64,000 nt of DNA from a virus, in the IMG/VR virus record IMGVR_UViG_3300030012_005163, positions 96,001 to 160,000 of that record; one strand, given 5' to 3'. Positions 1-9,392 of this stretch are shown here, piece after piece. How positions within the stretch are numbered: position 1 is the stretch's first letter; each line of letters begins with the position of its first letter. The notes under the pieces were generated by a model. That model did not search any database. It saw only the letters and a list, made by a program, of their open reading frames with translations, and was not told the DNA's origin. The position numbers were made by a program, and so were the translations under genes.

Positions 1-2
1 GT

Positions 3-644
3 GAATATTGCCCAATGTATGAAGCAAAAGAAGCTTTATTAATGGAAGGTAGTAAGAAAGCCAAAGAAATGGCGAGAGAGTATACTCCTCGTAAATTTTA
101 TGTGGTAAAAGGTATCGACAGAGATAACGAAGATCACGGTGTTAAATTTTGGAGATTTAAACACAATTATACAGGTAACGGTGTTATGGATAAGTTAATG
201 CCACTTTTTAAATTAAAAGGTGATATTACAGATGCTAGAGAAGGTAGAGATATTATTATCACTACTAACCGTAATGAAAAAGGGTGGAGTGTAGTAACTT
301 CTATTATGTGTGATGATGTAAGTATGTTAACTGAAGATACGGTTAAAGCTAACGATTGGTTTAACAACGAAGAAACATTTAGAGATGTTTACGCTAAAAA
401 ATCACCAGAATATTTAGAGATAGTATCAAAAAATATGACTCCTGTTTGGGATTCAGAACAAAGTAAATACGTAGCAGAAGAAGAAAGAGAAGAATCAGAA
501 ACTGCTTCATTAGAAGAAGAAATAACTTACTTAAGAGAAGAAAGTAATACTACTTCTACTACCACCATAACTTCAAATGAAGATGAAGATGAGGTAACTG
601 TAACTAATCTAGAGAGTGGTGATAGTGATGATTTACCATTTTAA
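3..644 (+). CDS. ssDNA-binding protein (T4 gp32-like), 5'-truncated by the window
   Basis: Frame is open upstream of the listed ATG (EYCPMYEA...). Very acidic C-terminal tail ending DDLPF; first gene of a recA/exonuclease/helicase block. Confidence 0.7.
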   Translation, partial: EYCPMYEAKEALLMEGSKKAKEMAREYTPRKFYVVKGIDRDNEDHGVKFWRFKHNYTGNGVMDKLMPLFKLKGDITDAREGRDIIITTNRNEKGWSVVTSIMCDDVSMLTEDTVKANDWFNNEETFRDVYAKKSPEYLEIVSKNMTPVWDSEQSKYVAEEEREESETASLEEEITYLREESNTTSTTTITSNEDEDEVTVTNLESGDSDDLPF

Positions 645-662
645 TTAATTGTAAATGTGAAG

Positions 663-696
663 AATAGGTCATCTTTTATGGGTGACCTATTTTTTT
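663..696 (+). terminator. Rho-independent terminator
   Basis: aataggtcatc/ggtgacctatt stem followed by a T-run. Confidence 0.75.
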
Positions 697-712
697 AAAA
701 AAAAATATAGAT

Positions 713-1762
713 ATGGCAAAAAAACCAATTAAGAAAAAAACAACTGATTTTTCTAGTATTAGGAAAAAATTTTCATCTAGTGATAAATACAAAGAACAAA
801 AATATTTTGATTTAGGAGAATCATTTCAAAAAGCAACAGGTATTCCTGGCCCAGCTATTGGACAAATTAATATGTTGTTAGGACATTCAGATACAGGAAA
901 AACGACTGCATTAATTCAAACTGCAGTAGATGCTCAGAAAAAAGGTATATTACCTATTTTTATTATAACTGAACAAAAATTTAGTTTTGAACACGCTAAA
1001 CAAATGGGATTAGAAACTAATTATATTGAAGAGGTTGATGAAAGTACAGGAGAAATTGAGGCATATTGGGATGGATTTTTATTATACAAATTAGGTTTTG
1101 AATATATAGAGCAAGCATTTGAATATGTAACTGAAATTTTAGATGCACAATCAAAAGGAGATATTCCACACGATATTGTATTCTTATGGGACTCCATAGG
1201 GACAATACCCTGTAAAATGAGTTTTGAAGGAAAGGGTGGAAACCAACATACTGCAAGAGTAATATCAGAAAAATGGGGTATGGGTATGGCTCAGAGAATA
1301 ACCTCATCTCGTAAAGAGAGTTCGCCATATACCAATACTATGGTATTTGTTAACCAACCATGGGTAGAGTTACCAGATAATCCGTTTAGTCAACCTAGAA
1401 TTCAACCTAAAGGTGGACAATCAATTTATTTATCTTGTGCACTAGTATTCCTATTTGGGAATCAAAAGAGTGCTGGAGTTTCTAAATTAAATGCCACCAA
1501 CAAAGGTCGTAAAGTAAATTTTGCAGTCAGAACTAAAGTGGGTATCCATAAAAATCATATGAATGGTTTAGGGTATGCTGATTGTAGAATATTGGCTACT
1601 ACACATGGTTTTATTGAAGATGAAAAGAAAGCTATAGATACTTATAAATCTGATTATAAAGAATACTGGTCGACAGTATTTGATAGTGTGGGTGAAGAAG
1701 TAGACTTTACTATAGAAGAAGGGGAACATATTGATGCACCCGTAGAATATGCGGATCAATAA
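713..1762 (+). CDS. recA: RecA/UvsX-like recombinase
   Basis: Walker A GHSDTGKT, TEQK, Walker B FLWDSIG, FVNQPW, PKGGQS. Confidence 0.85.
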   Translation: MAKKPIKKKTTDFSSIRKKFSSSDKYKEQKYFDLGESFQKATGIPGPAIGQINMLLGHSDTGKTTALIQTAVDAQKKGILPIFIITEQKFSFEHAKQMGLETNYIEEVDESTGEIEAYWDGFLLYKLGFEYIEQAFEYVTEILDAQSKGDIPHDIVFLWDSIGTIPCKMSFEGKGGNQHTARVISEKWGMGMAQRITSSRKESSPYTNTMVFVNQPWVELPDNPFSQPRIQPKGGQSIYLSCALVFLFGNQKSAGVSKLNATNKGRKVNFAVRTKVGIHKNHMNGLGYADCRILATTHGFIEDEKKAIDTYKSDYKEYWSTVFDSVGEEVDFTIEEGEHIDAPVEYADQ

Positions 1763-1791
1763 TTTTGTTAAATTTGTAATCAATATGATAA

Positions 1792-2835
1792 GTGTCCAGA
1801 CCAAATAAAAGAAAAAAATTTACACAGACTCTATTAGTAGATGGTGATTCATTATTGAAAACCGCATATCATGGGGCTAAAAATCTTTATTATAAAGAAA
1901 CTCATATAGGTGGAATTTACCAATTCCTTACCATGTTAAGGAAATCACTTAATGAATATAAATACGATAGAGTTTTTGTATTTTGGGATGGGCAATTTAG
2001 TGGTAGACTAAGGTATGATTTATATAAAGAATATAAATCAAATAGAGATAAAGATTTCTATAATGAAACCCCTCCTTCTGAACCAGAACTTTTTATTCAA
2101 AAAGAAAGAGTAAAACAATATTTAGAAGAATTATTTGTTAGACAATTTGAAGATTTAGTAATTGAAGCAGATGACGCAATTGCATATTATTGTAGTAAAA
2201 TTAAAGAAGATGAAAAAATTGTTATAGTAACTAATGACAGAGATATTTTACAACTAATAAACGATAGAATAGGTGTTTATATTATAAATAAAAAAAGAAT
2301 CATTACAACTACTAATTATAGTGACTATTTTAATCATCACTATACTAATCTTAAGTTACTAAAAATATTATCTGGCGATAATAGTGATAATATAAAAGGT
2401 ATTAAAGGTGTAAGTGAAAAAACTATTATTAAATATTTTCCTGAATTTGTTAAAAAAACTTTGACATTGGAAGAAATTTTTAGTAAAATTGAAGATATAC
2501 AAAGTGAAAGAAAAAATAGATTGAAAACATTAGATAATATAATTAATAAAGTTACAGTTGGAGTACAAGGTGAAAGTATTTTTGATGTAAATGAAAAAAT
2601 TATAAATCTAAAAAAACCTTTGTTAACAGAAAATTCTATAAACGTTTTAAATGACTTGTTTAGTTCACCTATCGACCCTGAAGATAGGACTATTAAAAAC
2701 GTTATTAAAATGATGTTGGAAGACGGTTTAACAATGGCAATACCTGGGGGTAGAGATGGTTATATTAACTTTTTACAACCGTTTCTAAGAATAATTAAAA
2801 AAGAAAAAAGTTATTTTAGTAAAATTAAAAATTAA
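1792..2835 (+). CDS. 5'-3' exonuclease / RNase H (PolI N-terminal, T4 rnh-like)
   Basis: LLVDGDSLL, VFWDG, YKSNR, EADDAIAY, NDRDILQL, H3TH GDNSDNIKGIKGVSEKT. Confidence 0.9.
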   Translation: MSRPNKRKKFTQTLLVDGDSLLKTAYHGAKNLYYKETHIGGIYQFLTMLRKSLNEYKYDRVFVFWDGQFSGRLRYDLYKEYKSNRDKDFYNETPPSEPELFIQKERVKQYLEELFVRQFEDLVIEADDAIAYYCSKIKEDEKIVIVTNDRDILQLINDRIGVYIINKKRIITTTNYSDYFNHHYTNLKLLKILSGDNSDNIKGIKGVSEKTIIKYFPEFVKKTLTLEEIFSKIEDIQSERKNRLKTLDNIINKVTVGVQGESIFDVNEKIINLKKPLLTENSINVLNDLFSSPIDPEDRTIKNVIKMMLEDGLTMAIPGGRDGYINFLQPFLRIIKKEKSYFSKIKN

Positions 2836-2840
2836 AAATT

Positions 2841-3302
2841 ATGAAAAAAAGTTATGACAATCTTCCTTATGAATTTTTGTTGAAAATTAACGGAAAACCA
2901 ATTGTGGGGAGAAATTTTCACATTAAAGGGTATAATGCCGATAGTTTAAAGTCTATAGAACTTAAAGAAACTATTGATGACGCAACTAGAGTTATTGAAG
3001 AACAATTTAAATTAAAAAGTAATTTTTATTTGTGGAGATATTATAACCCTTACGCCACCCAAACTACGGAAGAGGTAGAAGAGTTAAAAAAAGATTTATA
3101 TGAAAATGAAGATGTTTTTATTTTCCAAATAAAAGTAAAAGGTAGAGTAGTTGCTCAGAAGATTTTTAGTGGAAATGACTACCCACCAAAGGTAAGATAT
3201 GATGTAGATATAAGATCAATTATTCCCGAAATCATCTCTATTATACAAAATGGGTTAAGTTTAAAAAAATATACTCACGAATACTGTGGTTACACGCTTT
3301 AG
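2841..3302 (+). CDS. hypothetical protein
   Basis: 153-aa ORF tightly packed in the operon, typical codon usage. Confidence 0.7.
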   Translation: MKKSYDNLPYEFLLKINGKPIVGRNFHIKGYNADSLKSIELKETIDDATRVIEEQFKLKSNFYLWRYYNPYATQTTEEVEELKKDLYENEDVFIFQIKVKGRVVAQKIFSGNDYPPKVRYDVDIRSIIPEIISIIQNGLSLKKYTHEYCGYTL

Positions 3303-3337
3303 TGTATATTTATTAATATATCAAAAATGATAATAGA

Positions 3338-4729
3338 ATGACTAAAGAAAAAGAAAAAAATTTAGGTTATTTAGGATGGAGTTTTCAAGTTAAGTTAGTC
3401 AAACAATTAATTGAAGATAGTAAATTTTGTGAAGAGATTATTGATATAATCGATCCAAAATATTTTGACAATGAGTATTTGAGAATAATTATTGCTAGTT
3501 TAAAAAATTACTATGATAGTTATGAGACAATACCTACATATGAAACACTATTTCAAATAATAAGGGTAGAGATAAAAAGAGAAATCGCTAGAGACTCTGC
3601 TATTGAAATGGTTAAAGAAGTCAAAAACTCTGATAATAAAGATTGTTTACATACTCAAGAAGTTGCAACTAAATTCTGTAAACAACAAGAACTTAAAAAA
3701 GCAACTAATAAAATTCAAAATATTTTAGAAGCAGGTGATTTTGATAGATATGATGAGTGTGAAGATATTCTTAAAGAAGCTTTGTCTGTTGGTGGTGAAA
3801 AAGATAATGGTATTGATGTTTTTCATGCAATAGACGAAGTATTAAGTGATGATTTTAGAAATCCTGTTCCTACAGGTTTAGTTGGTATAGACAACTTAAT
3901 GGATGGAGGATTATCTAAAGGAGAATTAGGTGTAATTTTAGCACCTTTTGGTGTCGGTAAAACCACTTTAATAACTCGTATGGCAAATACTGCATATAAT
4001 TTAGGTTATAACGTAGTACAAATATTTTTTGAGGATAACCCCAAAGTTATTCAAAGAAAGCATATGACATGTTGGAGTGAAATACCTTTAAATGAATTAA
4101 CTGAGAGAAAAGAAGAGGTTAAAGCTTTATTACCTCAGTTTAGGGAAAAAGAAGGAAACCTAATTTTAAAGAAAATGCCGAGCGATGGCACAACAATTAA
4201 TCATATAAAACAATACTTAAGAAAACTAACATCAAATGGTACAAAACCTGATGTAGTTTTTGTTGATTATATGGATTGTGTTGTACCCACTAAACAATTT
4301 AAAGATGAATATGCGGGTGAAGGAAACGTTATGAGACAGTTTGAAACTATGATTTCAGAATTAGATGTTGTTGGGTGGACTGCAGTACAAGGTAATAGAA
4401 GTTCTATAGGTGCGGATGTAGTGAAAGCAGATATGATAGGTGGTTCAATTAAAAAAGGACAAATTGGACACTTTATTATCTCAGTAGCTAAAACATTAGA
4501 ACAAAAAGAAGAAGGAACGGCTACTATGGCTATTTTAAAATCTAGATTTGGTAAAGACGGTATAATTTTCGAAGACATATTGTTTGATAACGGATCTTTA
4601 AAAATTGATACTAGTATATCTAGTGACGTTTCATTCTTAGAACACCAAAATGGTGAAGAAAAAAGAAAATCTCAATTGGTTATAGATGCTATGAAAAAGA
4701 AAAGAGAGATTGGACTGGGGGAAAATTAA
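3338..4729 (+). CDS. dnaB: DnaB-like replicative helicase (T4 gp41-like)
   Basis: PVPTGLVGID, Walker A APFGVGKT, FFED, VFVDYMD, WTAVQGNR, ILKSRFG. Confidence 0.9.
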   Translation: MTKEKEKNLGYLGWSFQVKLVKQLIEDSKFCEEIIDIIDPKYFDNEYLRIIIASLKNYYDSYETIPTYETLFQIIRVEIKREIARDSAIEMVKEVKNSDNKDCLHTQEVATKFCKQQELKKATNKIQNILEAGDFDRYDECEDILKEALSVGGEKDNGIDVFHAIDEVLSDDFRNPVPTGLVGIDNLMDGGLSKGELGVILAPFGVGKTTLITRMANTAYNLGYNVVQIFFEDNPKVIQRKHMTCWSEIPLNELTERKEEVKALLPQFREKEGNLILKKMPSDGTTINHIKQYLRKLTSNGTKPDVVFVDYMDCVVPTKQFKDEYAGEGNVMRQFETMISELDVVGWTAVQGNRSSIGADVVKADMIGGSIKKGQIGHFIISVAKTLEQKEEGTATMAILKSRFGKDGIIFEDILFDNGSLKIDTSISSDVSFLEHQNGEEKRKSQLVIDAMKKKREIGLGEN

Positions 4730-4759
4730 TAATAAGATTTAAATTAAGTATTAAAAAAA

Positions 4760-6619
4760 ATGGAGTTATCAAGCAAAATTTTATCAGATATTACTGTATA
4801 TATGAAATATGCAAAATATCTACCTGAATTAAACAGAAGAGAAACATGGGAAGAATTAGTTACACGTAATAAAGAAATGCACCAAAAGAGATATCCTCAC
4901 ATTGCAGACAAAATAGATGAAGCATATCAATATGTGTATGATAAAAAAGTATTACCTTCGATGAGAAGTATGCAATTCGGTGGAAAACCGATAGAAATTT
5001 CCCCTAACAGAATTTATAATTGTGCATATATGCCTATAGATCATATAGATTCATTTAGTGAATGTATGTTTTTATTATTAGGTGGTACAGGTGTGGGTTA
5101 TTCTGTACAAAAACATCACGTAGAAAAATTACCACCAGTTAATAAACCATATCCTAAAAGAACAAAAAGATTTTTAATTAGTGATTCGATAGAAGGTTGG
5201 GCAGATGCAATAAAACTTTTAATGAAATCATATTTAAATGGTAAAAGTTCAAGAATAGAATTTGATTACTCCGATATTAGACCTAAAGGTGCTAGATTAG
5301 TAACTTCAGGTGGTAAAGCACCAGGACCTCAACCACTTAAAGAGTGTATTGTTAAAATAAGAGGTATTCTAAGTGAAAAAGAAGATGGTGAACAATTAAC
5401 TACTTTGGAAGTACATGATATAGTTTGTCATATTGCAGATGCAGTATTAGCAGGTGGGATAAGAAGAGCGGCATTAATATCATTATTTAGTGCAGACGAT
5501 CAAGCAATGATTGGTTGTAAGTCTGGTAGTTGGTGGGAAACAAATCCACAAAGAGGTAGGGCTAATAACTCAGCTTGTTTAATGAGGCATAAGATTACTA
5601 AGGAATTCTTTTTAGATTTATGGAAAAGGGTAGAGTTAAGTGGTTCAGGTGAACCAGGAATCTATTTCAATAATGACAAAGATTGGGGTACAAATCCTTG
5701 TTGTGAGATTGCTTTAAGACCTTACCAATTCTGTAACCTATGTGAAGTAAATGTATCAAATATTGAATCACAAGAAGACTTAAATAATAGAGTTAAAGCA
5801 GCAGCATTTATTGGTACATTACAGGCAGGATATACACATTTCCATTATCTAAGAGATATTTGGCAAGAAACTACTGAGAAAGAAGCATTAATTGGTGTTA
5901 GTATGACAGGTATCGGTTCTGGTAGAGTATTAGGATATGATATGGAAGAAGCAGCTAAAGTAGTTAAAAAAGAAAACAGTAGAGTAGCTAAATTGATTGG
6001 AATAAATAAATCCGCAAGAACAACTACTGTAAAACCTGCTGGTACAACATCACTTACATTAGGAACATCTTCTGGAATTCATGCATGGCATAACGATTAC
6101 TACATTAGAAGAGTTAGAGTTGGTAAAAATGAGTCTATGTATACATATTTACTTAATAATCATCCAGAACTTGTAGAAGATGATTATTTTAGAGGACACG
6201 ATACTGCAGTTATCTCTATTCCACAAAAAGCACCTAAAGGTTCTATATTAAGAACTGAATCACCTTTTGATTTATTAGAAAGAGTTAAAAAAGTGGCTAC
6301 AGAATGGGTAAAAAATGGACATAATAGTGGTTCTAATTCACATAATGTTTCTGCAACTATCTCTTTAAAAGATGAAGACTGGGAGTTAGCAGGTGAATGG
6401 ATGTGGAAAAATAGAAAACATTATAATGGTTTATCGGTATTACCATATAACGGAGGAACATATGTTCAGGCACCATTTGAAGACTGTACTAAAGAAGAAT
6501 ATGAAAAAATGATGAAGACTTTAAATGAGATAGATTTATCAAATGTTATAGAAGAACAAGATGAAACAAATTTAAGTGGAGAGTTAGCTTGTGCCGGTGG
6601 TGCGTGTGAAATCACTTAA
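4760..6619 (+). CDS. nrdJ: Class II (adenosylcobalamin-dependent) ribonucleotide reductase
   Basis: PSMRSM, YNCAY, GGTGVG, GGIRRAALI, TNPCCEI, CNLCEVN, KPAGTTS, C-terminal CAGGACEI; no small-subunit gene adjacent. Confidence 0.9.
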   Translation: MELSSKILSDITVYMKYAKYLPELNRRETWEELVTRNKEMHQKRYPHIADKIDEAYQYVYDKKVLPSMRSMQFGGKPIEISPNRIYNCAYMPIDHIDSFSECMFLLLGGTGVGYSVQKHHVEKLPPVNKPYPKRTKRFLISDSIEGWADAIKLLMKSYLNGKSSRIEFDYSDIRPKGARLVTSGGKAPGPQPLKECIVKIRGILSEKEDGEQLTTLEVHDIVCHIADAVLAGGIRRAALISLFSADDQAMIGCKSGSWWETNPQRGRANNSACLMRHKITKEFFLDLWKRVELSGSGEPGIYFNNDKDWGTNPCCEIALRPYQFCNLCEVNVSNIESQEDLNNRVKAAAFIGTLQAGYTHFHYLRDIWQETTEKEALIGVSMTGIGSGRVLGYDMEEAAKVVKKENSRVAKLIGINKSARTTTVKPAGTTSLTLGTSSGIHAWHNDYYIRRVRVGKNESMYTYLLNNHPELVEDDYFRGHDTAVISIPQKAPKGSILRTESPFDLLERVKKVATEWVKNGHNSGSNSHNVSATISLKDEDWELAGEWMWKNRKHYNGLSVLPYNGGTYVQAPFEDCTKEEYEKMMKTLNEIDLSNVIEEQDETNLSGELACAGGACEIT

Positions 6620-6642
6620 TAGTTAATAAAATTTAATTTTTT

Positions 6643-6673
6643 AAAAGGTATCTTTTCGATACCTTTTTTTTTT
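6643..6673 (+). terminator. Rho-independent terminator
   Basis: aaaaggtatc/gatacctttt stem plus long T-run after nrdJ. Confidence 0.85.
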
Positions 6674-6707
6674 ATATAACCTTTTCTTTTAAAAAATTTA
6701 TTGTAGA

Positions 6708-6716
6708 ATATTTATA
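6708..6716 (+). promoter_or_regulatory. ATATTTATA putative late-promoter motif
   Basis: 5 nt upstream of the gp25-like ATG; the same 9-mer recurs upstream of 8 other genes. Confidence 0.55.
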
Positions 6717-6721
6717 TACAT

Positions 6722-7105
6722 ATGGCAGATGTAAGATATATAAATATTGATTTCCCTTTTAGAAATAGTGAAAAGGGTTTTTATTTTAAATTAAACCAAA
6801 CTGATAAAGATGCAATTAAAGCAGATTTATTACATCTTTTATTAACTAATAAAGGCGAAAGACTATATATGCCTGATTTCGGTAGTGATTTGAAGAAGTT
6901 TATATTTCAACCTAACGATAATATTACACATAGTGAAATTAAAGATAACTTAAATGAAACAATAAAAAGATACATTCCCAATTTAGTGGTGGATAGTATA
7001 GATTTTAAGAAAAATGAAATAGAAGAATTAATAATAGTAGAATTAAAATATACGGTAATTGATGGTACTTTCGCATCTTCCGATATTTTAGAGATAACAC
7101 TTTAA
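6722..7105 (+). CDS. Baseplate wedge subunit, gp25/GPW-like
   Basis: LLTNKGER..PDFGSDL signature, 127 aa. Confidence 0.85.
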   Translation: MADVRYINIDFPFRNSEKGFYFKLNQTDKDAIKADLLHLLLTNKGERLYMPDFGSDLKKFIFQPNDNITHSEIKDNLNETIKRYIPNLVVDSIDFKKNEIEELIIVELKYTVIDGTFASSDILEITL

Positions 7106-7107
7106 TT

Positions 7108-8931
7108 ATGAAAAAGAAAGTAAATTATAATAGTAGAAATTTTGCTGAAGTAAGGGCAGAATTAATTGGTTTCATCCAACAATATTATCCTGAAGTGTTT
7201 TCAGATTTTAATGATGCATCAGTTGGTATGATGTTATTAGAACTAAATGCTGCAGTGGGAGATATGTTATCTTTCCATACGGATAGAATGTTCAATGAAA
7301 CACAAATAAACTACGCACAAGAAAGATCTTCTTTATTAGAATTAGCAAGAACTTTTGGTTTAAAAATACCTGGAAACAGACCTAGTATAACTATTGCTAA
7401 TTTATCTGTTACAGTACCAGTAGATGAACAAGATGGTGATAGACCTGATTATAATTATGCACCTATTCTTTTAAAAGGTACACAAGTTACCGGAGCGGGT
7501 AAAGTATTTGAATTACCTATGGATTTAGACTTTTCATCTCCATTTAGTAGTAGTGGTATACCTAATAGAACGGTAATACCAAAGTTTAATGAATCAGGAG
7601 GTGTAGATAATTATGAATTAACTAAACAAGCATTAGTTATCAACGGAATTACTAAAGAATATAAAAGAGTTATTTCTAGACCCGATTATAAACCTTTCTT
7701 TGAGGTAATATTACCTGAAGATAACGTTCTTTCTATTGAAAATATTATTACATTAGAAGGTACTAATTTAACTACACCACCAACACTTAAAGAATATAGT
7801 GACTTTAATAATAATTATTATGAAGTAAGTGCACTGGCGGAAGCCGAAAAGTTTATAGAAGATCCTAATACACCAACTACAACCGAAGGTATTTTACCGG
7901 GAAGATGGAAAAATATACCTCAAAGATTTATAACGGAATATACTGATAATGGATTTTGTAAAATAACTTTTGGTGGTGGTGAAATAGATACGTCAGAATT
8001 AAATGATTTTATTGGTTGTAGAGGACAAATAAATGAAATAGGTAATTTTGTTAATAATGATTCATTAGGTGTAATACCAGTACCTGGTAGGACTATGTAC
8101 ATTAAATATAGAATTGGTGGGGGCGCTGATAGTAATATCGGACCCAATGTATTAAAAGGATTGGGTGATGTTTTTATGATTACACCCGGAGAGGATGCAA
8201 CAATTAATTTAAACGTAAGAAATAGTTTAACATCTAATAACCCAATACCTGCAATTGGTGGAAAAGAACAACCTTCGTTAAACGAAATAAGACAATTAGT
8301 TAAATACAATTTTGCGGCACAAAATAGGTGTGTCACAATAAAAGATTATTTATCAAGAATAAGTTTAATGCCAGGTAAATTTGGTATTCCATTTAGAACT
8401 GGAGTATGGGAACAAAGAAATAAAGTCAATGTAACTATATTAGCATTAAATGAAAATAGTCAATTAACTAACCAATCTACTGACACATTAAAAGAAAATA
8501 TTGCGGAATACCTATCAAATTATAGAATGTTAAATGACTATGTTACAATCAAAGATGGTAGAATTATAAATCTTTCTTTTGAAATATCTTTATTTACTGA
8601 TAAAACTACTTCTAAAGGTGAAATTATGTCTGACGTAATAGAATCGGTAGAAGAATATTTTGATATTAATAATTGGGAAATGGGACAGAACGTTTATTTA
8701 GCACAATTAATAGAAAATATTAATAATGTTGGTGGAGTACTTAATGTTACTGACATTAAAATATTTAATAAAGTAGGTGGGGAGTATTCGTTAAATGAAA
8801 TATCCCAACCTTATTCTGATGATGCAAGTAAACAAATAGATATTTCAGATGATTATACATTATTTGGTGAACCTGATGCAATGTTTGAGATTAAATTCCC
8901 AAATAGAGATATAAAAGTAAGGTTTAAATAG
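7108..8931 (+). CDS. Baseplate wedge subunit, T4 gp6/baseplate J-like
   Basis: DFNDASVGMMLLELNAAVGDMLSF, AQERSSLLELARTFG, GG...SLNEIR, AQNRCVTIKDY; follows gp25. Confidence 0.85.
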   Translation: MKKKVNYNSRNFAEVRAELIGFIQQYYPEVFSDFNDASVGMMLLELNAAVGDMLSFHTDRMFNETQINYAQERSSLLELARTFGLKIPGNRPSITIANLSVTVPVDEQDGDRPDYNYAPILLKGTQVTGAGKVFELPMDLDFSSPFSSSGIPNRTVIPKFNESGGVDNYELTKQALVINGITKEYKRVISRPDYKPFFEVILPEDNVLSIENIITLEGTNLTTPPTLKEYSDFNNNYYEVSALAEAEKFIEDPNTPTTTEGILPGRWKNIPQRFITEYTDNGFCKITFGGGEIDTSELNDFIGCRGQINEIGNFVNNDSLGVIPVPGRTMYIKYRIGGGADSNIGPNVLKGLGDVFMITPGEDATINLNVRNSLTSNNPIPAIGGKEQPSLNEIRQLVKYNFAAQNRCVTIKDYLSRISLMPGKFGIPFRTGVWEQRNKVNVTILALNENSQLTNQSTDTLKENIAEYLSNYRMLNDYVTIKDGRIINLSFEISLFTDKTTSKGEIMSDVIESVEEYFDINNWEMGQNVYLAQLIENINNVGGVLNVTDIKIFNKVGGEYSLNEISQPYSDDASKQIDISDDYTLFGEPDAMFEIKFPNRDIKVRFK

Positions 8932-8976
8932 TTACTTTTTTACTATTATGAATTAGTTTTAAAAAAAATAGAAATT

Positions 8977-9384
8977 ATGGGATGTAACACATGTAAACAA
9001 AAAAACGAAGCTTATGATAATTCAAACGGAACTGAAATAAAATTAGTTCCTGATAAAGTTGCTAATGGACAATTCAATGAGATGAATATACTTTTAAAAT
9101 TAACTACTGTTGTAGTTATAATTGCCGCTTTACCATTTATCCTTTGTGCACTCAGTTTACAATTAATTTTTACTATGTTTACTCCAGTATGGTTTGACAG
9201 AATGAGAAGTAAATGGTCAACTTATTGGAGAAGTAAGATGAAAAAAACACAAGAAAATATTAATGTAAAGAAAAGTAACGCACAAAAGAAAAAAAGAGAA
9301 AAAGAGTTTGAAAATACACCCACTTATACTGCAGAAATGTTTGAGGGAGTAGGTGTTGTAGAAAATAACGAAGAAAATGAATAA
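8977..9384 (+). CDS. hypothetical membrane protein
   Basis: N-terminal MGCNTCK, long hydrophobic segment, basic C-terminal half. Confidence 0.65.
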   Translation: MGCNTCKQKNEAYDNSNGTEIKLVPDKVANGQFNEMNILLKLTTVVVIIAALPFILCALSLQLIFTMFTPVWFDRMRSKWSTYWRSKMKKTQENINVKKSNAQKKKREKEFENTPTYTAEMFEGVGVVENNEENE

Positions 9385-9392
9385 AAATAATT

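Noticed and set aside
713-6619. Inteins or group I introns in recA, helicase or nrdJ
   Set aside because: Lengths are normal, motifs are colinear, and no C/S...HN splice signatures or frame breaks are visible
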